The notes below the pieces were generated by a model. The model did no database searches and was not told the DNA's origin. It worked only from the letters and a program-made list of their open reading frames with translations. The translations under genes were made by a program, and so were the position numbers. From Octopus vulgaris (lineage: Eukaryota), in NCBI GenBank assembly GCA_951406725.2, contig OX597822.1:60760001-60824000 (forward strand): DNA of 64,000 nucleotides. The letters run 5' to 3'. This document shows positions 22,545-33,605 of the stretch, one piece after another (the first letter of the stretch is position 1; every line of letters starts with the position of its first letter).

Positions 22545-23160
22545 CAATTTGTAGGTGTAGCTGATAGCCTTTGTTGCCTTGGTGCCCTAATTAGCAGTGG
22601 AGATAGGTGTTCTGAAAGTATAATAGCCTAAGTAAGAATGAGTTGGAAAAAACTTGGAGAGCTATTACCTCTTCTAGCAACAAAAGATTTCTCTCTTTTA
22701 GTGAAGTGCATGTTGTATAGTACTTGTGTATGAAGTATGATATTGCATGATCAATAAATGTGGGTCCTGAATTTGCAGGATTTGCACAAGCTGAGAATAA
22801 CCGAGGCTGAATGTGTAATGCTGGTGTGCAGAAACAAAGTGAATAAATGAACTGATAGAAAAGGTGGATATAAGAGGAGTCAGATGTAGTATGCATGAAG
22901 AAGACTGCACTGATGTGGATGTGTGATGGAGATGGAGGATATTTAAAGATGTGGCCAGCATTCTAAGTTGTTGAAGTTATGAGTTGAAGTGATAATTATC
23001 AAATTCAAAAAACCGTATTGTAGTATTGAATGGATGTCTATGTAAGTTGCAACATGTAGGAAAATGTAGGAAAAGTTGAGTGCTCCAAGAAAAGGAAAAC
23101 ATTAACATGAAATACATGCAATGAAAAACAAAGTGTAATGTGATGACATTATGGATTGTA
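22545..23160 (+). mobile_element. Degenerate RTE-type LINE ORF fragment
   Basis: VADSLCCLGALISSGDRCSESIIA..SWKKLGELLPLL resembles the RTE RT C-terminal region; many stops. Confidence 0.6.
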
Positions 23161-23167
23161 TGTAAAA

Positions 23168-23596
23168 GGCATAGGAGTGGCTGTGTGGTAAGTAGCTTGC
23201 TTACCAACCACATGGCTCCAGGTTCAGTCCCACTGCATGGCACCTTGGGCAAGTGTCTTCTGCTATAGCCTCAGGCTGACCAAAGCCTTGTGAGTGGATT
23301 TGGTAGACGGAAACTGAAAGAAGCCCGTCATATATATGTATTTATATATATATATATGTGTGTGTGTGTGTATGTTTGTGTGCTTGTGTTTCCCCCCCCC
23401 CCAACATCGCTTGACAACCGATGCTAGTATGTTTACATCCCCGTAACTTAGCGGTGCAGCAAACGCGACCAATAGAATAAGTACTAGGCTTACAAAGAAT
23501 AAGTCCTGGGGTCGATTTGCTCGACTAAAGGTGGTGCTCCAGCACGGCCACAGTCACATGACTGAAACAAGTAAAAGAGCAAAAAGAGAAAAGAGC
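23168..23596 (+). mobile_element. SINE family 1
   Basis: Full-length copy; forms an inverted pair with 23881-24265. Confidence 0.88.
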
Positions 23597-23880
23597 AGCA
23601 TGAAAACGTGTATGCACATAGATCAAACATCAGGTGCATGTGAAACTGCAGGTTATGAATGAGTTTATGCACAAGGTGGACTGCAAAAAGTTGAAAATTG
23701 CTGTGCAGTAAGATGCTCCAAGTGGTCAACATGAAATTTGCAGAGAGAAAATTGCTGTCATCAGTATGAATGAAAAAACAAGCTGGTATTATATACAAGC
23801 ATTTGAAGTGTGCATGTGAATGCATATGAGATAAAAAGCAGAGAGGACATGTTAATATGTATGTGAAAAAGAGCATTTAT

Positions 23881-24265
23881 ACTCTTTACTCTTTTACTTG
23901 TTTCAGTCATTTGATTGTGGCCATACTGGGTCACTGCCTTTAGTCGAGCAAATTGACCCCAGGACTTATTCTTTGTAAGCCTAGTACTTATTCTATTGGA
24001 TCTCTTTTGCCGAACCACTAAGTTACGGGGATGTAAACACACCAGCATCGGTTGTCAAGCAATGTTAGGGGCACAGACACAGACACACAAACATATACAC
24101 ACTCATACATATATACGATGGGCTTCTTTCAGTTTCCGTCTACCAAATCCACTCACAAGGCTTTGGTCGGTCCGAGGCTATAGTAGAAGACACTTGCCCA
24201 AGGTACCACGCAGTGGGACTGAACCCAGAACCATGTGGTTGATAAGCAAGCTACTTACCAAACAG
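23881..24265 (-). mobile_element. SINE family 1
   Basis: Reverse copy. Confidence 0.88.
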
Positions 24266-25034
24266 AACAAAATTAAAGTGTTGCATGCCCAAGTAAAACA
24301 AAATATTATAATGCAAAATGAAAATGCAAGCAATCTAAACAAATGAAATAAGAAAGACAAAATTGTCCTTATATGCATAGTTTGTTGGACGCTTGTCCTG
24401 AAAGATATGTGAAAAGGTTATAAAAAGTGTATGGAAGCCAGATAAGCAAGTGTCTGTGTGGAATCCAAGCATGGAAAGCTGATTATGTGCTTTTTGGCAG
24501 GAGGTACACTTTGTGTGCCTAATTTTCAATAGTTTTCCATGTCAGGTTTCCATATTTTTGGCAGTGTAATCCTTATGAATGAAAACAATTCATTGCAGGA
24601 CTTTGGCACAATCATAAACTTGCAGTGTTTGAAAAAATGAGGGGCACATGCTGTAAATGTGTTTGTTGATTGTCACCATTTAAAATATTTATACGCTGTA
24701 TATTTTTTCTGTTCCAAGTAATGGCAGAGTAAGGCTGCATAGGCTTGTTTCATCTTCAAGGGTCATTAATTTAATCTGAAAATGACATCATCACTACGTT
24801 AATGATGGGAAATGAATATGTTCCCACATTAACAATGAGAGGAATAAAAAGGTAGTTATCTTTGATTCATCATGTGTTGACTGTTAAAAGACTATATTGG
24901 ATGTGATAGTCCAATACAGGAAGTTCTTTTCAGGTAATGGCTGGGCAGAACAGCTTCTGTGGTTATGAGTAGAAGAGAGAAATATAGAACAAATTTATAT
25001 GAAACATCACCTAATTGCCTAACTTCGTCCATCC

Positions 25035-25071
<37 letters not shown>

Positions 25072-26210
25072 TTTGTCTCTGAAAAAGAAACACTCTCTAA
25101 AGCATTAGAGCTGTAATGTACTTTTGTTTAAGAAGTTAAGAGTTATGGCCAGTCATAGAGTGACCATTAATTTTGCACCTATAAAATGCTTAGCAGTAAA
25201 GGCAACACATCAAACTCAAATGGCTGAAGGTGCATAACCTCTCTGCAGCTGATGGAAGAAATGCATAACAGTCAGTCGGTTTTGTAAGCAAAAAATAATT
25301 GTCCATACTGCAGGCATGACAGTGTTACCCTACTTCATCAATGACCTTATTAAAAAAACATTTCCTGCTTCAACTTGGAATTCCCCATTTGTTGAATAGT
25401 CCTTCCACAACTCCTCCGAATATCACCATTGCTAGATTTAATGTAAGGGGGATAACCCTGTCCCATCTGCAGCACTGATTACTTTTTTTGTTTGCAAAAC
25501 CGACTGGTCCTTCTATGTATATATACCAAATGGGTCTGAATTGCTAGAATCACACCATCAGCATATAACTTGAAGTGAAAATAAAATTTAAATCTGAGAA
25601 CTTGTGGACCCTCTTACATCACCTGACGAGGCTCTTTTGCACTGTGTGTTTCATCTGGTGTTATGACATCATTCCATGCCCACTAGGGAGCAGAGCAAAA
25701 TGAAGCCAAAATGATTATTGTGCTAATAAATGTTTCTTGTTACACTCCATCTTCTGTATTAATCTTTTAAAATATACCCGACATGCTCCTCAGAATTTCA
25801 GGCATAGATCTAACAACGAATCCATAGTATCGCTGATGATGCTTGGTAGCCATAAGTGGTGAACATGCTCTATAGGTACACTACCTGGGATTTACCCTGA
25901 AACAAAGTTTGGATACTGCATTTAATGCCTACTTTCTAAACCTTCAGTCTTTAATTGTGAATTTGATATGTGTGTAATTGTCAGTAAATCATAAATCCGA
26001 AAGAGAAGCACACTCTGAGTTATAGAGCAGTAGAGTAAGTAGATAAAGATAGTTATCGCTGGTCTATGGGGTTACCCTAGGTTTAATGTCCATAAGCCAC
26101 TTAGCTTTATAGCATCTCTTCAGATCCTAATGGCCAGTGACCTATAACCACTCTTCAAAGTGGAGGAAAAAAAGACCTCATGGCTATATATATATATATA
26201 TATATATATA

Positions 26211-27183
26211 GGGAGAATTCACTAAAAAACAAAAGATGAAGACAGGTGGTGTAGACAAAAAGCAGATGTATTAGTTTAACACTTGGGAAGTGAAAAAGTC
26301 TTTAATGTTTCAAGCCTACGCGCATCCACAGAAAGAAACAAAGAAAGGAAATAAAGAATGCGTAGTGGCTAGCGATCTATCATGGCAAATACCAGACAGA
26401 AGGGTCACACAGGAGACCTAGGAAAAAGGGGAGATAATAAAGAAGTGGTTATCTCAAAATGAAGGTGTGTGTGCATGTGTATAAGAGAGTATGTATGTGT
26501 GTGTGGAAGAGGGCTGGTGACTTTGACATGTGTATGTGTAGGTGTGAAGATGTGGGGCTGGGAAGTGGTCAGTGTTAGTGTGTACGTGGTGGTGTGATGT
26601 AATGTGATGTGGTGTTGTGTGATATGATGGTGTAGTGGTATGATGGTGTTGGGAAGTGGTGGAGGCAAGAGTGGGGAAAGCAAAGGTGGGGTGTGGGTTA
26701 GGCTGAGGGTTGGATATGAGGGTGGGGTGTAAAGGATGGGGTGGGGTTGGATGGGAAGGTGGGGTTAGAATGTGTAGGGGTGGGCTGGTGTTACGAGGGA
26801 GGGCTGACGATGAAGGGGGAAGGAGAAGGTGGGTAGGAGTGAAGAGAAGAGAGAAGGAGAATAGGAGTTAAGAGAAGAAGTAGGAGTCGGAGCAAGAGAG
26901 GAGAGGTGGGTGGAAGGAAGTAGATGTGAGGAGTGGGAGGCGAGGGGGAGGAGAGTTGAGCCCATGTGGCGCAAAGGAGCGAAGAGAGAAGATTAATCCC
27001 TGTTCACGGCACAAATGGGAGTCCAGATGGCCCCTGTGCAAGGACAATCCAAGCATGGACAGGTGTTGCAGAGAGTGACCAGTAGAGTGGAAATGGCACA
27101 AGATCGGGGTGTCATTGCCAAGTTGGATGTCTCGGGCATGTTCTGCGAACTGGTCAGCCAAGCAGCATCCCGTTTTCCCGATG

Positions 27184-27185
<2 letters not shown>
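26211..27185 (-). mobile_element. Penelope-like 3' fragment (GIY-YIG endonuclease + 3' UTR)
   Basis: YIGKTGCCLADQFAEHARDI...HFHSTGHSL...REQGLIFSLRSFAPHGLN; degenerate minimal hammerhead near 26298-26335; TA flanks. Confidence 0.8.
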
Positions 27186-27239
<54 letters not shown>

Positions 27240-28639
27240 TATATTTATGAGTTTCACATTCCCATTCGTTGGACAGTTTTGTTAAAATAGAGCAGAAATA
27301 ACAATATGATCAAAACTTGTTAAAGGATACACCTTTAAAAATGGATTTGTTTCATTGGTCCTTTCAAATAACAGTCTTAATCATGCGATAAACAAAATAA
27401 ATAAAATAAACAAAATCAATGAATTCAATATAAATTCATCCTATTATAAAAAATTTAGGAAAATCCTTAAATCGAAGAGCAGATTCAAAATACATATTGT
27501 CATTAATTATATATGAAATATAATTCGATTAATACAATTAATGCATTAAAAATTTAAATATTTCACAATAGTGTATACGCATACTAAACCATCAATATAC
27601 ATATATACATCAAAATACACAGATGGATATACACAGACCACATATATATGCAGACATATATATGTAAGACGTAAATATACACACAAATATATATATATAT
27701 ATACATATGTATACGCAATCTTGCCCACATGCAAAAATCACTTGATGTATACATATAGACTAGAAGTAAAATGCAGAGAGGGGGAAGAAAAAGAAAAAGA
27801 AAAGGTAACGATCTTATAAGCAACAGTTAACTAAAGAAGTGAGTAAGAGAAGGAGAGGGGGCGTAAAGTAACGAATAGGGGGAGAAAAAATATTTTTCCG
27901 TAACGAAAGAAAGGAAGAAAGAAAGAAGTCTGAATATGCGTAATGAACGTACACAAAATAAAATCAAATTACCTATACATGTGTATAAAAAAGTGTATAT
28001 TAGCAGTAAATACACATATAAGAACACATATATAAATATATAGAGATAAGTACGTAAATACACATCCACACAACATACAAATACATCCATGTATGTATGT
28101 GCATAAGTATAAACATACATGCTTACTTACACATATACATAGGCGCATACACATATATATATGTATATATATATATATATATACACATATGCCTCGATAC
28201 CCTCACCACACATACCACTATACAAATGCCCATACACACTGTTCAACTCATTACTCACTTCACACACCATTACATACACCCACAAACACCTTCCCACTCT
28301 ATACACACTAGCACCAACCACTTCAGAGCACCTACACCTCACACCTACACACAATCTTCAATAGCATCACTACACATTCTACTATACGAACAGCCATACA
28401 CACTGGTTAACTCAGTATACACACCACGCACCATCATGCACACTCCCACACCCACACAAGCACATAATACCTGAACACAGACAATATATACACAACATGC
28501 AACACATAAACACATCCAACACACACAAAGATAACTTTAGCTCACAAACATACACTGACACACACACACATGGTAGACTCACTTGCTCCCATTCGCACAT
28601 ACACTCACACACACCATTCTCATATATACACACACACTT

Positions 28640-28911
28640 GTGCACCTTAGTTCATTGGTGTCACTATTACTGTTATTATTATCTCCCTTTCATTCAGCCT
28701 TTTTTGTTCCAATCATCTCACCATTTTGGACCATAGAATTCTGCACATTTTTTCATTCTTTCTCCATTTTTTTTTTACCTATTAACCCTTTCTATCGAAG
28801 AGTATAGGCTTGAAACAAAAGACTTTTCCATTTTTCTTGAGTGTTAAACTAATACACCTACATGTTGTTCCTATACCTGTCTTCATCTTTTGTTTTCTGT
28901 AAATTTTAACT
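28640..28911 (+). mobile_element. pLTR remnant related to 26211-26360
   Basis: ctttctatcgaagagtataggcttgaaacaaaagacttttcc...aaactaatacacct...cctgtcttcatcttttgtt matches the reverse complement of 26225-26340. Confidence 0.6.
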
Positions 28912-29613
28912 ATATATATAGAGAGAGACAGACAGACAGACAGAGAGACTCAATATTATCACAACTGTCTGAGTAATAGTTTGTGAAGATTCTTTCAGCT
29001 GTAATAAAACAGTATATCACTCCACCAAAATATCATTGGATAATCTATACTCTTAAGCTAAAATCAAATTGTGTTCAATTTTTTTGTTTTTCATCTTTTT
29101 AGGCCCAATAAATATAGTACTGGTCAATAGTTCTTTTTCTCTCTTTATGTAATGGTTTTGTATGATTTCCCATGTGACTTCTGTGTTGTTTCTTTGTGGT
29201 TTCTAAGAAATTTTTAAAATCCTTTTGATACCATTCTACATGTAACTGGCCCCTTGTTCCATGGGTCTAATTTCCTGTTTTAATATTATCTAAATTAAAA
29301 CTTTCCTCCAAAATTCCACACCCCCCCAACTCCAGTTTAATAATGGCAGTTATTTTACTAAAGTCATCATTTCAAAAAAATTAATTGAAACCAATGTAGT
29401 ATATTCAACAGAAATATGGTATCAAAAGAAATAAATATATTCAATGGACAAACCGGTGGTATACTGTAACATCTTTTATTACCTTCTTATATGAGTTGAA
29501 GTCTGTTTCAGTTTTTGTTTTTTTCTTCATATATACAAAAGGAGAGGGTGAAACTTGACATGCAAAGTAATACCATTAAGGTTTACCAGACAAATTCATT
29601 GTCACAGGCTTAA

Positions 29614-30175
29614 CCCTTTCATTATGAACCCGGCTGAAACTGGTTCTGGCTCTGAGTACAAATGTCCTGTTTTCATAAGTTTTGAATTAAAATCTTCCAC
29701 CAAACCATAGTCACAATTTATGTTCCTAACTCTAGCTAAATGATAACTGAGTGGGGGAATTTCAACTGTGTTTCGTGGTCTGCTACCACAACAGCTCCTT
29801 TATAGGATCCAGATAGCTCAAAACATCATCAGGAGGAACCACATCCGGTTTCGGCCCCTACTCCTCTACCATTTTGACGTGACGGAGCACCCCCTTTCGG
29901 AGGTGCCTTCAGCTCTGGTGTTGGGTGCATGTCTTCTTTCTTCTTCTTTCTTCTGTTCCCTGGCTTCTTCAATGTAGCATCAACGAGTGTCAGCGGGCGA
30001 CTGACTGCCTTGTCAAATTTTTTCCCTTTAAATACCTGCTGTAAGGCTCCAGCAGGCAGCCCCAGCAAGTTGTCACGTGACACTGTCTCAACTTTAACTG
30101 ACCAATGAAGGCGTGTAGTCTTAGCCCAAGCGTTCTCTAACCGAGCATCTCAAAATAAATACGGTAACAAAAGGG
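29614..30175 (-). mobile_element. piggyBac-type MITE carrying a foreign 390-bp insert
   Basis: ttaa|CCCTTTC...AAAGGG|tttaa; ends match the 220-bp MITE at 30657-30876 in reverse. Confidence 0.7.
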
Positions 30176-30656
30176 TTTAAAGGACACTTCACCAGTCTAC
30201 AAGGGAGTCTCTACTTAGTCGCTCGTTTTTGTTTTTGTTTTGTTTTGTTTTTAGAAACAGTAGCCAAATCTTCTTCAAGTCACACCCTACTATCTTGAAA
30301 AAAGAAGGACATGATGAACAATGTTGCCCTGGCTTCTCTATACGTAAGAAAAGACTGTATGGTCATGTCTGGAATGTCTTTCATCATAGGTCTGCCATAT
30401 CAGAGAGGCTAGACAAGAAAACTATCCTTGTCCAAATTGTTTTCATATCTACTGTCTCTCAGAGAGACGGTGACATGTACAGCTGCCACTCGCCATTCCC
30501 GGTCCTCGTTTCTGCTGAATACGATGGGTCAGTCGCTGCCTCAGCCATTTTACAGCTAGTGAAAGTTGTTCCGTTCATCCCCGTGGTGGTGCTGGCGGCG
30601 GCAGCGACAACAATGACGACCACGAGGACGACGACTTAAAATGGTTCTAATTGCAA

Positions 30657-30876
30657 CCCTTTCGTTACTGTATTTATTTTGAGATGCTCTGTGTTTCTTT
30701 CAATTACTTTAAATATAATAAAGAATTTAGTAAAATAACTTAGTTATCATTAAGCGAGTGTTACAAACATAAATTGTGACAAAGGTTTGATGGAAGATTT
30801 TAAGTCAAAACTTATGAAAATAAGATATTTGAACTCAGAGCCAGAGCCGGTTTTGGCCGGGTTGGTAACGAAAGGG
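30657..30876 (+). mobile_element. piggyBac-type MITE inside the paralog B promoter region
   Basis: TIRs CCCTTTCGTTAC / GTAACGAAAGGG; flanks are not a perfect TTAA. Confidence 0.7.
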
Positions 30877-30895
30877 TTGGTATGTGGAACGCTTT

Positions 30896-30950
30896 GTTGT
30901 TAATAGCAACAAATGTAAGGGAAATAACTTTGTAACCCAATATATAAAAG
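30896..30950 (+). promoter_or_regulatory. Putative promoter of paralog B: RFX X-box-like motif and TATA-like motif
   Basis: GTTGTTAATAGCAAC (30896-30910; AGCAAC half-site, quasi-palindromic) and TATATAAAAG (30941-30950), upstream of the ATG at 30976. RFX X-boxes typify ciliary gene promoters. Confidence 0.5.
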
Positions 30951-30975
30951 CGTTGTTCGTTTTAAAGTGTAAACG

Positions 30976-31017
30976 ATGATTCGCTGGAAAAAACTTGCGA
31001 CTTTGCAACGAATATTC
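30976..31017 (+). CDS. CFAP119: CFAP119 paralog B exon 1 (start codon)
   Basis: ATGATTCGC...ATATTC|gtaagt; phase 0 fits exon 2; lies in a CpG-richer region just downstream of an X-box-like motif. Confidence 0.65.
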
Positions 31018-33560
31018 GTAAGTACAAAAATTTCATCAGGTGTAATAAGTTAGTTGCTGTGAGGAATACAAAAAGATTAATTGATATTGAAAGAACTTGA
31101 GGTATATAGGCCTACCCGATCAGGTGATAAACAAGAACAGCAATTATCTTTACACAGATCTTTCCATTACCACCAGTTCTGAGAGTGATGCGTATATAGC
31201 AACGACGTGTACAGGTGCCGGTTACCATTCATAGTTCTCGACACAGTAAACAGGTCTCCTTCTAAAAATAGGAGCAAGGTAACATTTAGTTTAAGAACAA
31301 AACAATTTTCATAGTTTGAAATCATCATCGTCATCGTCGTCTTCACATGCACAATTTCTAGTCAAAAGTCAAAAGAGCGGAATTTCAGATTAGGAAGCCT
31401 ACCCAACAAAAGTTGGATTTTCTCCGTTTTGACGGGAATTTTCGCAATTCTTTTTTACCACGGACTCGGAAATGACGGTAGACGTCATTCTTATGAAAAA
31501 TAAATTTGAAGATTTGATTTATTTTAACTTACCGCCCCCACCACTGAGGTTGAATTTGCCTTTCATCCTTTCAGGGTCAATAAAATATGTGCCATTTGAA
31601 CACTGGGGTCAGTGTAATCAACTAACCCTCCTTCAGGTTTTCAGGCCTTGAGCCTTGAGTAGAAAGGATTATTATTATTGAGTGAGAGAGCAGTGCATGC
31701 CATCAAAGTGACACTGGGGTAAAATATACAAAGCGCAGTATACCCATCATGACTACCCGTCTGATAAGGGTACACCAGGCACATGCATCACAACCATATG
31801 TGCGCGACATAGTGATCTCATATCGAGATAAACAGGCACATGACCTTGCAGGTGGGGCCCTGTTAGAATTTTCTTCTGATCGAGTAGCCCATCCCGCTCA
31901 AAAGGTCCTTGAATAAGGATGTTGAACGAACTACCCATGTTTCCAAAGGTGAATTATCCAAACCTCCAAAAATTCCTTTCAACACACGGCTATGATGCCC
32001 CCCCCCCCCACCCACTACTACTGTTCATGATCAGAGATGCACATATCGTCAGCCACTAAGGGACATGCTCAACTGGTTAAGGTCTAACAACTGACAAGCA
32101 AATCTGTGATATTGAGCAGAATATTTACTGTAGCCCATCTTTTATACCATTATTATTATTATTATTAAGAAGAAGAAGAAGAAGCAGGCAGAATGCTTAG
32201 CAGCATTTTGTCCATCTTTACATTCTGAGTTCAAATTCCTCTGAGATCCACTTTGTCATTTCTCCTTTCAGGGTCAATGAAACAAGTACCAATTGAGCAC
32301 CAAGGTCAAAATAACTGACTAGCCCCCTCCCCCAAAAATTTCATGCTTTGAGCCCATTGTAGAAAGAATTATTAATATTAAAGCAGCAAGCTGGCAGAAT
32401 CATTAGCACACTGGATAAAATGCCCAGTGGCATCTTTCTTTTGAGTTCAAATTCCACCAAGGTTTATTTTGTCTTTCTTTCTTTTTGTGGTCGATAAAAT
32501 AAGTACCAGTTGAGCACTGTGGTTGATGTAATTAAGTATACCCTTCCCCAACATTTCAGACCTTGTGCCTATATTAGAAAGTATTATTATTATTCCTTCA
32601 TAACACAGTGTAGGTAAAAATTCACCAGAGTCTTTGCCAGCCCTGTAGTGTCTAGTTTTGTCTCATTACATTCATCCATCTTCATCAATCCAGGAGTCAA
32701 CAAGTTAAACACCAATAGTGTATTGTTTATCAATCATTTAAGTATTCACCTCACTCTTTATAAAATTTTGGCATTATGCCAATGTAAAAATCTATTGCAA
32801 TGAATGAATTTCCCTCAGACTGATAGCTGTTTCACCTTTGTTGCTGTCAACTATATTAGAATATTTGTTAATTCTTGGAATATTGGTATTATGAATGATA
32901 CATTGTGATTCTTGATAATAATGGTTAACTTTGCTGATGACTAAGAAAGCATGAATGTCATAATATTACTGCTGATATTGGGATTCATATAAATGGTATA
33001 TGTATTTGTGTCTACAAACATGCACATATGAGGGGTTGCTGAAAAGTTTCTGGCCTTATGAGTATTGCAAAAGGCCTGATTGGAGGCCCAGCCATCTGAG
33101 TTCTTCTAGAGGGCTTAGAAAAATTGAAGGACTGCTGCAATAACTGTGTGAATTTGAGAGGGGAATATGTCGAATAAAATCATAGTTAACAATCCAAAGC
33201 CCGGAACTTTTCAGCCCCCCCCCCCCCAGTATTTTCATCATATTAGTTCATCAGACAGATTAAGAAAGATTCACTTACCAGTAGGTTACAGCTAACAGAC
33301 CTTAGATGTGATAACTGTTCCATTTCTGTCCTCCATCAGGATATAGTTTATGTCTCTGAACTGACAGATTATGTAGCAATGATCATCCGTCTGTCATTAT
33401 TCATATTACATTTCTCTCCACTAATACTAATCACACTAGATAATTTCAGTCAATCCTTCTACTACAAACCTATATTTTCTTTATCAACATGCAGATGTTT
33501 ATTGTATCAATGAGAAGGTACATGGATGAATGTTGTCATTCTTCCTCTAAATACATTATT

Positions 33561-33605
<45 letters not shown>

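Noticed and set aside
27546-28645. Many ORFs rich in [12 protein letters not shown] (also 4796, 12192, 40351, 43345, 53371 and others)
   Set aside because: They are translations of (TA)n, (CA)n and (CT)n microsatellites or low-complexity DNA, not genes
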